Positions 1 to 12,000 of a stretch of 64,000 nucleotides of DNA are shown here, in pieces. Both the position numbers and the translations under genes were made by a program. The stretch is from positions 49,912,001 to 49,976,000 of the forward strand of contig OZ076413.1 in NCBI GenBank assembly GCA_964187785.1, in the 5' to 3' direction. Numbering within the stretch: the first letter of the stretch is position 1; each line of letters begins with the position of its first letter. This DNA comes from Amphiscolops sp. MND2022 (lineage: Eukaryota). The notes beneath the pieces are model-generated. The model saw only the letters and a list, made by a program, of their open reading frames with translations, made no database searches and was not told the origin of the DNA.

Positions 1-88
1 GATATTAAATTCGTCAGCAGAAGCCGAGGCAGATGAGGAAGAATTTCTCGATCTTTCCTTAAACTCCCTGGAAACCGAATGTAAAAGG

Positions 89-622
89 ATGAAACTCAGT
101 GAATCGTACACAAGTTTTGAAACAGTAGAGTCGGGCCAATACCCTCAATCAGAAAGCGAGGTGGAAACAATAACGGACTCGCCAGAAAGTCCTGACCCCT
201 CTCTGAATTCAGATGTGTTTGTCGTAGAGAAACCTCACGAAGAAGAAACGTCCTCCATGACTAGCAGTAAAATTGCTGAATTCATAAGACAAGCAGCAGA
301 GGACGATGCCAGCTCTGACTTTGAATCCCCCCGCGGCCCTCTGAGAGTTTGGGGAGAGCAGAAGAAGGAATCTCTAAACGATCTAGATGAAAAAAGGGGC
401 CCGGCAGTAATGCCTTCATCCAGGGACCAAGCAGTTGACCCAAATGTCTACGAGCTACAATACCCTCTCTACCAACCGAGGTTCCAAGGGAGGACGATAA
501 GATCTATGACAGTGGCCCTGTCACAGTCCGCTCCCAGACTGGGTTGTGGGTGTTTAAGAGTTGGCTTCGGGAGAGGCCACGGCTGCACCGCGAGGTTCGA
601 AAAAACTTACTTTAACTATTAA
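89..622 (+). CDS. Acidic Ser/Glu-rich accessory ORF; duplicate of 13715-14464, 5' part outside the window
   Basis: Protein is identical to the 13931-14464 portion apart from one residue. Confidence 0.5.
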   Translation: MKLSESYTSFETVESGQYPQSESEVETITDSPESPDPSLNSDVFVVEKPHEEETSSMTSSKIAEFIRQAAEDDASSDFESPRGPLRVWGEQKKESLNDLDEKRGPAVMPSSRDQAVDPNVYELQYPLYQPRFQGRTIRSMTVALSQSAPRLGCGCLRVGFGRGHGCTARFEKTYFNY

Positions 623-2890
623 AACTAATAAATAAACTGTGACTAAGAAAACAAAAATACGTCTGATCAACGGAAATTTCAAATGAAACTAGTTACAAAG
701 AATGAATGTGCTAAAATGAATCTTACATTTCCGGTTGAGACGCTTTTGCCACGTCAAATCAATAACATCCGCCACCTGAAAACTAATTTAAAACACGCTT
801 AGAAATAAGAAAACCATAGCCCAATCTAAATGAAAGCATAGTCAAAGTCATCTCCCAAAAGAACATCAATCAGATCCAAAATGGAAAACACTCTGAGATG
901 GCACACCGAAAGGATTATGCCTTTTCTTAGAAAGGCAGCTTAATTACTCTTTGAATAGCAATTAGTGTGATTTAGGACGTCAATATTGCGCTGAGTAAAC
1001 AAGGCAGCGGAGAAAATAAGAATACATGTATATTTGTCGTCAGTAAGACGCAGACAAGTTTGAAGGTATACCAATTGACGTCACTGCCTCGCATACGCGT
1101 ACCAGGAAATCATTCCAATTATCCGCCTACACTAATAGCATTGCTAGAAATCATTCCAATTCACCGCCACTGTGACGTCACTGCTCCGGCAGCTAACGAA
1201 AGACTCATTTCTAAAATACTCGTCAGCATTGCGTCAAACTAGTCAAAATCTCTATTCCGCTAAGAAAACTCGTCAACATGACATCGACAAGTTTATGAAG
1301 CCTAAATTCTGCCAAGAAAACGCGTCAACATGACGTTGACAAGTTTACGAAATTGAATAAAATGAATGAATTCGCCAAATTCAGTCAAGTTTTCATCGCA
1401 CTAATGCCGTTATTTCCTAGGGAAAGATAATTGCAGGCTATTTCAGATTGTAAGACAAGTGTATTGCAAACATTCCGCGATTTAAAGTTCTGACTTAAGG
1501 TATATTTTTGGCACGCATAGGATAATTCAAGTCCACGTCAATTAATCGTCATGTATTTTCAAAAATAAGGGAATTTCCTCGCATAAGCTATTTCTATTAC
1601 GAGATTTCATAGCAGAACAAACAGGAAGTCACAGTTTACGTCTTCAACAAAAATGTATTTTGTACAGAAGATGTATTTTCATATATTTTGCATTTTTGTA
1701 CCCGACGATTTTCAGATGCTATTCTATAATTATGATTGTGATCATTTTTAAATACCAGTTCACTGTTGCTATTCGTTAAATTCATTATGTTGCCGTTGCT
1801 ATCAAACAAATGTTGCTGTTACTCTTGTGAAATTTGTCGCACTTGTCACGACATGACAAATTTGTTAATGGTGTATTATTTTAATACCATGATTTTTAAT
1901 TCTATTCCCGACGAAAGAATGAGTCCAAATTCATAAAATATCGTCTTAGCATCATTCAAATAATCCTGCTTTGGGATTAGTCATAGCATTTTGATCAAAC
2001 CGAATTTCAAAATCAGGTATTTGTTGTTCACGCCAGCGTCAACCCAGCGTCAATTTCCCGCGAACCAAAGCAGTAAAACAGGGAAGCATTTCCGGTTTGA
2101 CAGACTGAAGTAATATTTACTTCCTGCTTGGGAGGAAGCAAAAGGACGCCGGGATGAAATGATATGATCATGTTTGATGACTAATGCTGGTTTAAAATTG
2201 CCGTGACTTAAAAATTGACGAAATGTCGACGCAAATTTGGGAACTTCGTGATTTTTTCATCGGTAAAACAGGAAATGACTTATTGTTCGAGGAAAATTAG
2301 GGATTACAGTCGTGATCAAATGATGCTGGGAGGGTATAAATACGGTGAAATTTGATGATTTAGGGACTCAGTCTTTTGCCTCTTGCGATAATCAGTTGTT
2401 TCAAACTTGCTTGTCTCAACCTCATTCTAACTCAACTTTGTTGAAATCCTTGAAAAGAAATTCAACTCATCAGAAATTCTTTTCTTCATCGAAATGTCTA
2501 CAACTCGAAGTCAGAAGAGAAAGAACTTCCAACAGGAAAGTAGTGAAAATGTAAGTGATGGTTTTGTTTCGCCAGCAGTAGTAGAGAATCCCTGTTTTTC
2601 CGAACAAGACGTTAATACAGCAGGGCCTTCGAAACCAAAATCCCCCAGGATTGAAAATAGTCTTCTGGAAAGTTTGAGAGCATCTTTGAAGGAGGAAACT
2701 ACCTCTGAAATTAAGAATCTCCTTATTGAGTCTCAAAAGGAAATGATGAAACTCTTGAGACCTGAAACAAGAGAGAACGTTAGAGAGAATGTTGAAGAAG
2801 AAGTGGGAAATGAATCTAGGAGTTTCTATTCCCCTACTATATCGGTTAGGATAAGCTCAACACAAAACGACCAGGATATAAGTCGTAACA
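519..2890 (+). repeat. LTR (5' LTR of this copy, probably shared with an upstream tandem copy)
   Basis: The 3' end is firm (TAACA followed by PBS). The start TGTCACAGTCCGCTCCC is inferred from similarity to TGTTGCGATCCGCTCCC in the second element and an imperfect inverted match to the LTR end. Confidence 0.7.
2335..2373 (+). promoter_or_regulatory. Putative LTR core promoter (TATA box and Inr)
   Basis: TATAAATA at 2335 and TCAGTC at 2368, about 30 nt apart, ~120 nt upstream of the gag ATG. The Inr reads TCCGTC in the 3' LTR. Confidence 0.55.
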
Positions 2891-3932
2891 TGGTGACAGG
2901 AGTCTTAAACGACTCCACCAATCAACCCAAGAGAACGAAGGTTCGATCTCAAAGCCAACCTCCGTCAAAAGAACGCCCAGCAGCAGCGCGAACTTTGTTC
3001 GCTCCAGACAAAAGTAGCACCACGATGCTACCCATGCCAAAAGCTCTAACGGCGTCACTCCCAACTTTTGACAGGAAATCCGAAAAATTCGAGCTCTTTG
3101 AAGATCTCTTTAGGAACAATATCAAAATGTATCCGCACCTTACAGAAATACAAAAGATAAACTACTTCCACTCCCTACTCCGGGGAGACGCCTTACCAGC
3201 CTTTTGCAACATTGAAGACTCGAAGAAAGACTCACTAGACAAGATAATGACGATATTCAAACGACGATTTGGGGACTATCTATCGATGGCAAAGGCTAGA
3301 TGCGAAAAGGACGCGCTAAAATTCGACCCCTTGATACAAAAACTCCATGAATTTGTGGATGTACTCCAGAAAACTGCAAAAAAACCTTTGGATCAGAGGT
3401 GCAGCAGTTCATAGACAAGGCTATATACGCCAAAATGCCAGACCATGTCAAGAAAATACTAAACCGCGCATACCTCGAAGACAAACCCTACAACGACATA
3501 GTACTCCACCTAGAGAGAGAAATGCGTCTCAAAGGACTAGGAGCACCAGACGAGGTAACGTTAGTACCCTTGAACAAAATCGAACCCGCTCAAACAAAAA
3601 CTGAACCCAAACCAGCGGAAACCACCGCTCAGACCACTAAAAAAGGGTACTGCTTTTACTGTAATAAATTTAGACATTATAAAGCTGAATGCCGTAAAAT
3701 GAAGAGGGACAAATGGATGCAAACCCGCAAAAACAACGGGCCGAGCAAACACAGTGCAGGCAAACCACCCAAATGCGACACTTGCGGCAAACCCCACAAA
3801 ACAGACGATTGTTGGAACGGAGCCTATGCTGCCAACGACCCACGACCTAAGCGTCACAACACACAAGAACGTAAAATGAACACCTCTGTCCCACAACCAA
3901 CGAACCAACCAGAAAATGAATCAAAAAACTAA
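2494..3932 (+). pseudogene. gag: gag, one frameshift near 3385, two CCHC-type zinc knuckles
   Basis: ORFs 2494-3414 and 3399-3932. Capsid-like LPTFD..SEKFELFEDLF. Knuckles CFYCNKFRHYKAEC and CDTCGKPHKTDDC. Confidence 0.88.
2891..2903 (+). other. Primer-binding site, probably tRNA-Leu
   Basis: TGGTGACAGGAGT directly after the LTR end. It is 12/13 with TGGTGTCAGGAGT, the complement of the typical eukaryotic tRNA-Leu(CAG) 3' end as recalled. Confidence 0.75.
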
Positions 3933-3996
3933 TTACGCCGCGCCTGCGCTATGGGGAAACAGTAGACGCGAGGGCGTATTCACCAGAAGACCCCCT
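3923..3996 (+). promoter_or_regulatory. gag-pol -1 ribosomal frameshift signal
   Basis: A AAA AAC in the gag frame just before the TAA, followed by a stem TACGCC-GCGCCTGC...GTAGACGCG-AGGGCGTA. Confidence 0.7.
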
Positions 3997-6900
3997 ACCA
4001 TATACGCAACCGACACAACAGCAGAATGCACTGGTACTCCAACAGAAAATTGGCTGACACAACAAGCCATCGCCTCCATAAAGAGACCACCCCCAGGAAA
4101 AGAACAGGAAACAACATTCCTGCAAGACCAAGATTACAGAAGTGATCACCAAAATCACACAAATCCACTCTCTCAACCAGCCACCTATACCAAGGAACTC
4201 TCTGTTACAACACAAACAGACAACAATGAAAACGCCCCCGACGACAACCTCCCGTCACAAACGACTGAGAAAGGTACTCGCAAAACCACCAAGATACCTA
4301 TCTTCCATAACGACTTCCCCACTGCGCTCAACTCAATCAAAGAGTACATAACCGAAAGAGACGGAGATACCTACATACCTCTCCATTCAACAATAGTCCT
4401 CAAGAACAGAAGAAGAATGCTTTACTTGCCGCTGGAATTTGGAGAACTAACAATGGACGGCCTCGTCGACTCAGGAGCGTTCATCAATGCCATGTCATGG
4501 TCTGATTACAACGACATTAAAATGAACAGCGATAATTGTGTCATAAAGGAGTACCCACAACCTCCTTTCAAAATTGAATGTGCAAACGCACAACTGGAGC
4601 AACCTATCGCCAGAGCCGACATTCAATTCAATATCGGAACATACACGTTCACTGGCACCTTTGTCATACTATCAAAGACGTCAGTCCCCATAATTGGATT
4701 GAACTTCATGAGAAACCATCAAGCAGTGATAGATACCACCAACGGGACCATCACCTTCCCTCACGTCGAAATGACATTAGCCATGACAAATGAAAAGAAA
4801 AACTGTAACCCCAAACCGCTCCAAATCATGGCTGAAGGGAACCAGACGTTGCTACCACAACAAACATCAACCGTAAATGCAAAAGTCATAACCACCAATG
4901 CAATCGACATCACAGTGGCAGTACAACCACTACCACAGTTCGATGAAACAGCCACCATCATCGTCGCACCAGCACTAGCCACAGCTCAAAACAAACGAAT
5001 CAATCTCCGAATAGCCAACTTGACAGATTTCCTGCACACCATAAAAAACCATACCAAAATGGCAGAACTGCAAATCGTGAGGCCAGAGGACACCAAACAA
5101 ATACGACCTGTAGACGTTGCAACGTTGACCACCCTACAAGACCCAGACGACACGCACATGTATGTAAATGAACACATGAAATCCACAAACAACGAACAAA
5201 ATGACAACAACCTCTGCTCCCAACACCCGAAAACCCAGGAAATGAAGATGAACACACGCCAATACAAAGGCGAATATTAAAAGAAATCAGAGAACCCATA
5301 AAGAAAGAACAACGCGACCACACCAAAGGTCCAGAATCAAGGAAAGAGTTCCTCGACATGTTCAAATGGGAAGGATCACAGATTGAAGGCAATGACAAGC
5401 AACAACTAGAGCAAACGATAGTTGAATACAACGACATCTTTGCGCGTCACAGAGTCGACATCGGCATCAATATTAAATTCAAAGTGAAACTGACGCCAAA
5501 AGACGAACGACCCATATATACACAGAGTCTACCAGTACCGATCAACCTCAAAGAAGACCTAACAGTCGAACTGGCACTCATGCATAGGTATGGCAGAATC
5601 ACGACATTACCATTTTCAAAATATGCTAGTCCGATTTTTGAACAACGTAAACCAAATGGTAAACTACGTCTACTCGTTGACCTGCGAAAAATCAACGCAC
5701 TGATGTCTGACGACTATATCAACAACAACCACCCAGTCAGTACCCTGTCGGACGCAGCTCAACACCTAGCTGAGAAAAAGCTGTTCTGTAAATTAGATTG
5801 CTCCCAAGCATACCACTGTCTACAAATGGCAGACCAGAGATCAATCGAAATGCTAGCGTTCAACTTTGCAAGCAGAACGTTCGCCTACAAACGACTGGCA
5901 CAAGGACTGAGCAGAGCTCTGTCAGCTTTCTCTAGTTTCATGAGAGAATATTTGGACAAGGTAATCAAGGCTGACCAGTGCGCGCAATATGTAGACGACA
6001 TCCGAATAGCTGCCAACTCCGTGACGCAACTGATACGGAACATTCGAGCTGTCTTTGAATGCATCAGACAAGCAGGACTCAAACAATCCATCGACAAATG
6101 TCACTTCGGAGTGACCGAGGTCGAATTCCTTGGAAGAACGATTACCCCACAAGGAATTGCCTCACAAGACCACAAAATCCAGAAAATCTTAGCAAACGTA
6201 CGATTCCCGAAATCAAAGAAACAAGTACAGCGATACATAGGCTTTGTCAACTATTACCGCAACTATATTCCGCGGTTGTCAGAAAAACTACTCGGCTTCT
6301 ACGAGCTACTGAAAGCAGACAAACAAATCAAGGTCACAGAAGAATTGCTAGACCACTACAAGGCAATCAACGCAGCGCTAGCGGAAGCATGTGGACTAGC
6401 CCTCAAACAACCAATCACAGGACGACAATACGTCCTAATGACGGATGCTAGGTTTCGCGCCTCAGGATATGCGGTAATGATCGAAGAAGAAAACGACAAA
6501 AAACACAATTCCAAAAAGAAAACTTTTGCGCCTGTAGCATTTGGATCAAAAGTATTTTCACCAGCGCAACTGAAGATGTCAATTTATTGCAAAGAATTTC
6601 TGGCAATCTACCACGCGTTCTTAGAATACAGCCACATATTGTGGGAAACAACCCTACCAACTCATGTAATGACTGACAACAGATCAGTAACGAGGTTTTT
6701 CCAAACAAAACCGATTCCCCCTACACTATGGAACGCATGTGACTACGTACTACAATTCAATTTTTACATCATGCACGTAGCAGGAACACAAAACACCGCT
6801 GCTGATTTCTTATCGAGAATTGACCTTAACCCTAAAAAAAAGTCGAACTAAAAATTCGAAACGATTTTACGATCCAACCAATACAAGTAAACCTACACTC

Positions 6901-8837
6901 GACGGACGTCGCAGATGAAGAACAACTCTTTTTTCTCCCAGAGGAAACGATTGAAACAGAAGAAGAGATCCTTCTACAGAAAGAACAAGCAAGACAGAAT
7001 GCACGTGATGAGGAGACGACGAAAATAAATCTGTCAATCAAAGAAACAACCTCAATCCCAATAAACAAGGCGTCATACACCTTTGGGGCAATCAAAGAAG
7101 ATGCACGCATCAGAGTTGAACAAGACTCAGATTTGGTTCTCAAAGCAATCAAGAGGAAATTGATCTGCGAAGAATATGACAAACACCAATTACAAACAGA
7201 TCCGATAGCCAAACGCCTCCTAGTCCACGAAAGCAGACTAATAGTCAAAGACGGAATCCTAATGCGAAAAGACTATAGGGAATGCGGACAAGTCACGCAT
7301 CATCAAATATTAATCCCCGAACACCTAATCACAGAACTACTGAAAGCCATTCACGGACAAATGGGAAAACACCCAGAAATCACCAAAATGATCCAAGGAT
7401 GCAGATCGAAATATTACTGCCCTGGCTTGGCAAAGAGGATCAAACAATGGGTAATGCAATGCGAAGACTGCATCAAATACAAAAGAATCAACAACAGCCA
7501 AATCCGACCGAAAATGATCAACAATACAGAACACGTATTGGGACCAGAAGACATACTCGAAATCGACATACTGCCAAACCTACCAAACTCTGCAGGATAC
7601 CAGAACATTTTCACAATGATTGACGTGTTCTCGCGTTACCTATTCGCATACCCAACGCAGAATGCCACGGCAAAGACAATTGGACGATGCATTGTCGACG
7701 TCATGACAAGACATGCATATTTGCCAACATTAATCTTATCAGATAAAGGCTCCCAATTCAGGTCAGAAGTTGTCGCTGAATCAACAAAGATTCTTGAAGT
7801 CCAAGTCAGCCATGCGTCTACAAAACATGCACAAACAATCGGAATTTTCGAAAGAACACACACTTCAATCAAGACTGCACTAAAAATATCGACGGGAGAA
7901 AGACGTTCAATGTAGCACAAATATGTTCAAATTGCAGTCATGAATTATAATACAACATATCACGAAACACTGGGCTGCGAACCATCTACAGTATTCCTTG
8001 AACGTATACCCTACAACATTCTGGATTTAAAACTGGGCATCAAGCCAAAGTGGATAACTACGCCCAACTTGCACATAGCAGAGCAGCTACAAAAACAAAT
8101 TGACGAAGTAGGAGCGACAGCGAATGACAACACCATGCTGTCTTACCTTAATTATAAAAAACATTACGACCGCAAAGCGTCGGCAGCTCCGCTCAAATTA
8201 AATGACTATTGCTACATTCTCAACCCGAAAGCCGACAACCAGTCAACAAAGTTTGCGTTCCAAGGTTGCATCTGGACAGGACCGTATATTGTGATGAAAA
8301 TACTATTCAATAACAACTACACAATACGAAGACTTGGCACACGATACACATAGACGCTGCATAGAATTTGAATACGCCCCTAGGTGCCAGATCAACGCTT
8401 GCCTGACGTCACAGTACGAACAAACGAATATCTCCCTGATCCAGACGTCAAAGTGTCGCACAACGGGTTTCGGAAAGCAGATTGAGGAACACGAACTACC
8501 AGCGAATGCCGAACGGAACCAACAAGTAGTAATACACGAGGAGACAAACACGAATGACGAAACGACGACGCCTCAAACGCCAAGAAATCCCACTGAAGAC
8601 AAGAATGACGCAACGTCATCGTCACCGTATTTTTCAAATCTTACTACAGACGTGGGGGATAACCCATACATACGACGCTCCCCACCCATTGAAAGTCCAC
8701 CTATTCCTCCAAGATCACCGCCTACGAACGTCGGATATAATCCGAGAAAAACAGCAAAGTACAACTTGAGACCTAATCCTAAACCTAATGCTAATCCTGA
8801 CTTCAGACGACTCGACGCCATAACTCCGGCTCAATAA
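3923..8837 (+). pseudogene. pol: pol: aspartic protease, RT, RNase H, integrase (disrupted)
   Basis: LVDSGA; RLLVDLRKIN, KLDCSQAY, QYVDD; LMTDA, KEFLAI, TDNRS; HHCC motif (IHGQMGKH...CEDC) and D-D-E (DIL, SDKG, ERTH). Frameshifts near 3993, 5215 and 6835; stops at 7913 and ~8350. Confidence 0.95.
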
Positions 8838-9092
8838 ACTGAAAAGGAAATCACAGGAGTCCAAATCGAACCGATTTGACGAATTTCAATTAGAACATAC
8901 TACTACTCTCTTTCTCTATTTTTTCTGTTCACAAACTACTCCAGTACATATTCTTTTTACCACTTCGACATCAAACATGATGGTTGTCATCATAACAACA
9001 ACACATTGCAAATTCAAAGCAATACATCAAACGGAAACTACAAACTAACTACAAAACAAGCCAGTGGAATGCAAAACAATGATATCATAATG

Positions 9093-12000
9093 TTACTTGG
9101 ATCCTCCTCCAGACTTCTGACTCTTATGACCACGTTTCGTCACTTTCCCTTTGGAACTACTGGCTCCACTATCTTTACACTCTTTCTTTCGCCCAAGCAA
9201 AGAAGCCAAACTGCTATCGATCCGAGTCTTACTTCGCTGGAAAGATACAGAACCACTCGAAGTACTAGTTGCAGGCGCAGAGACAACAGACGAAGTAGGG
9301 CTCTCACTACTTCCAATAGCACAAGAACCATTATTGTCCTTAGCATACAGTACAGATTTTGAACGATTAGCACGATACAAACGATTAAGGGCCCCCTCCT
9401 TACGACGTGCAAGATGATCTTTGAACAGCTTTTGGAAGCGTTCTATGAAAACGGCATGACCATCACTGGATATCCTACTCCAAGGATCAAAATCAGCCTG
9501 TACCATGAAATCGTGTGACTCCGAAATAGCAGATCGGACACACTCCATGGTATGTTTCGTAAAAAAGGACCCCTGATGATAGTGAGAGGTGGAAACGTAA
9601 CTCTGGACGCCCCGAATGCACGACTTCACAACGATGGGGGGAACGTCACACCCATTCAAATTGATCTCCAGTTGAGAATATTGAGGCAAAGGCCTCCGGG
9701 TAATGAGGCAACACAATTGAAAGACGTGACACAAGGATTTACGTGCCAAAAAGCCATAATCGACTAGAAGGTATGAAATCACATCGGCAATACCTTCCGA
9801 CTGACTACCACTGGACAGATGTCGGGCACGCACGTCTACAACAAACGTGGCAAACTTTTCAACTGCAGTCTTCGACTCTGTACTGGATACAACCCCACTT
9901 CTTTCAAGCACGCGCACTAACCTGCTGAATAAAGTAAAAATGCAGTGATCTTCTCCACCCAGAAGCAATTCGGGACAAAAGCAGTACACGCCTTGCAGGA
10001 AATCAGATGACACCAACAATTTTGATAAGATGACGTCAACAAGACGATCAATGAAACGACGGCATCGCGTACGAAAGTCCTTGAACTCGCTTGTATTTCT
10101 CTGACATAGGGCTTCACCAAACTCGAAATTACAAAGAAACGTGGCATCACCGACTTTAGGAAAGCTGACAATCTTTTCTGAGTCCATGTAATCCTCCCAC
10201 GAGTTCACTTCTGGCAGAGATGACACTTTTCGACTTCGGGTCAACAAACAATAGACGAACTGGCATAACTCAATATAACAGTGAAAGGTATAATCTCCAC
10301 GTCTCGCCCACTGTTTTTTGAAAGAACAGGAATCTAAACATCAAAAATAACCAATTCTCATGGCAAAGAACACCAGCACACCCTTCCAAAGAAACTAACG
10401 CAGCTCCAAAATATGACAAAACAGACCCAGGCGCAACTCATTAGTATTCTCTGAGAACACAAGCCAGTCGATTCTACGCATCTACAACATGAACAGACCA
10501 AATCACAAAGTTGAACGCATGATACATTGCAGAAACCCCGGAAAGCCCATCCTAACTCACAAAGACGACAACCTAATACTAACACCTCACCAACGCAATC
10601 AAGAAATACAAAGAAACTTACCCTCTCAGGTTGGGTCTGCAGCTCAACAGGACCAGTATAGCGCACGTACTCCCGGACTGACTCCCAAACAGAGAATAAA
10701 TCTGAGACAACACCACAGAGCTCAGCAAATGCGACCCGTCCGGCGATAACGCAACGTCGAAGTTCCACAACGTCTTCCATCCAGGGCTCATGGAGAGCAC
10801 CACGTAGACGAAGCATCAAAAAGTCGACCATAGACGTCATCTCCAACATGCCAAAAATCTCGTGATCAGCCTCTCGGTAACACTTCAGGAATACCTCTTC
10901 TGTGAACTCGCGACAGAAAATGAAGCGACGTCCATCCACCCGATTGTCACTCAGCACACGATGAAGAGTTGGACTTCCACCTTGTATAGCTAACTGCCAC
11001 TGACATGAAGAGAGACTGTCGACAACACGTGACAAGCACGACAACTCGGCATTCGGAACTTGTTGCCCCAGAGACTCAACACGGACACAGACATCTTGCA
11101 GATTAGCGTCGTCCCACGTACGCACGAAGCAGTATAAGCCGTCGCTCCGTTCCTCATACACAAGGCTGTAATCTTTGAAAGCAGCAACCCGGGCAAACAA
11201 AGATCGTAACACGCGAAGGAATATAGCACGACAAAGTAGTGACTAAAACAAAACAGGAACATGACAAGAGTATGCCGTCAACGAAACGCGCCAAATCATG
11301 ACAACAATAATAAGGCTCAATGAATACCACAAATATATAGACACAGAAGAAAAAAAACTAACCAACGATTCAGCTCGATCCCAATTCAGTTTTTACAGCG
11401 GGTTCTCCTTGCCCAGAGTTGCGCGAAAGTATCCCCACAACCGCCGCAACAAAGTATAACTCCCGCCACAACGACACAGTTCGAGCAGACAGTTGACCAT
11501 CGTCAATAAAGGTACAGATGAATCAACTCGGGTGCATGCGGGCAAGAGATCCTCAGGAAAGCTGAAACCTTCAGATTTCCCTTTAGAAGGACGATTCGCA
11601 TACACTTCCAACTGTGACTCGGACAACTCCATTGGATCCATGAGACGGTTAAAAACAGGCAAATTATTCTGCACCCTGTACGTCACGTCTAGCTCCCAAT
11701 GGCGCTTTCCAAAGAAGTGACGAGCAAACTCGGCAGCACCCCGTGATTCCATCGAGACGTCGCGGTGACAGATCATACAATGGAACAACTTGTTTGAACC
11801 AGTGCTAGAGCCACTCACAAACAACTCGAAAATTGGATGATTAGCCACCATATCTCGGAGGAGCCGATTCCGCGGGCTGTACACTCGTTTCCGGTTAGGG
11901 GAAGTGCTCTCAAGAGTAGTCTCGACTCGATTAACCAACTCTTCAAACTCTACAACAACAAAACACTACTAATTTGACACGAAGACGCCGACAACAAGAC

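Noticed and set aside
1..518. Part of a single LTR longer than 2.9 kb
   Set aside because: No PPT/TG start found upstream of 13843, whereas 519/14361 matches the LTR start of the second element. Disfavoured but not excluded, because the PPT at 14361 is weak.
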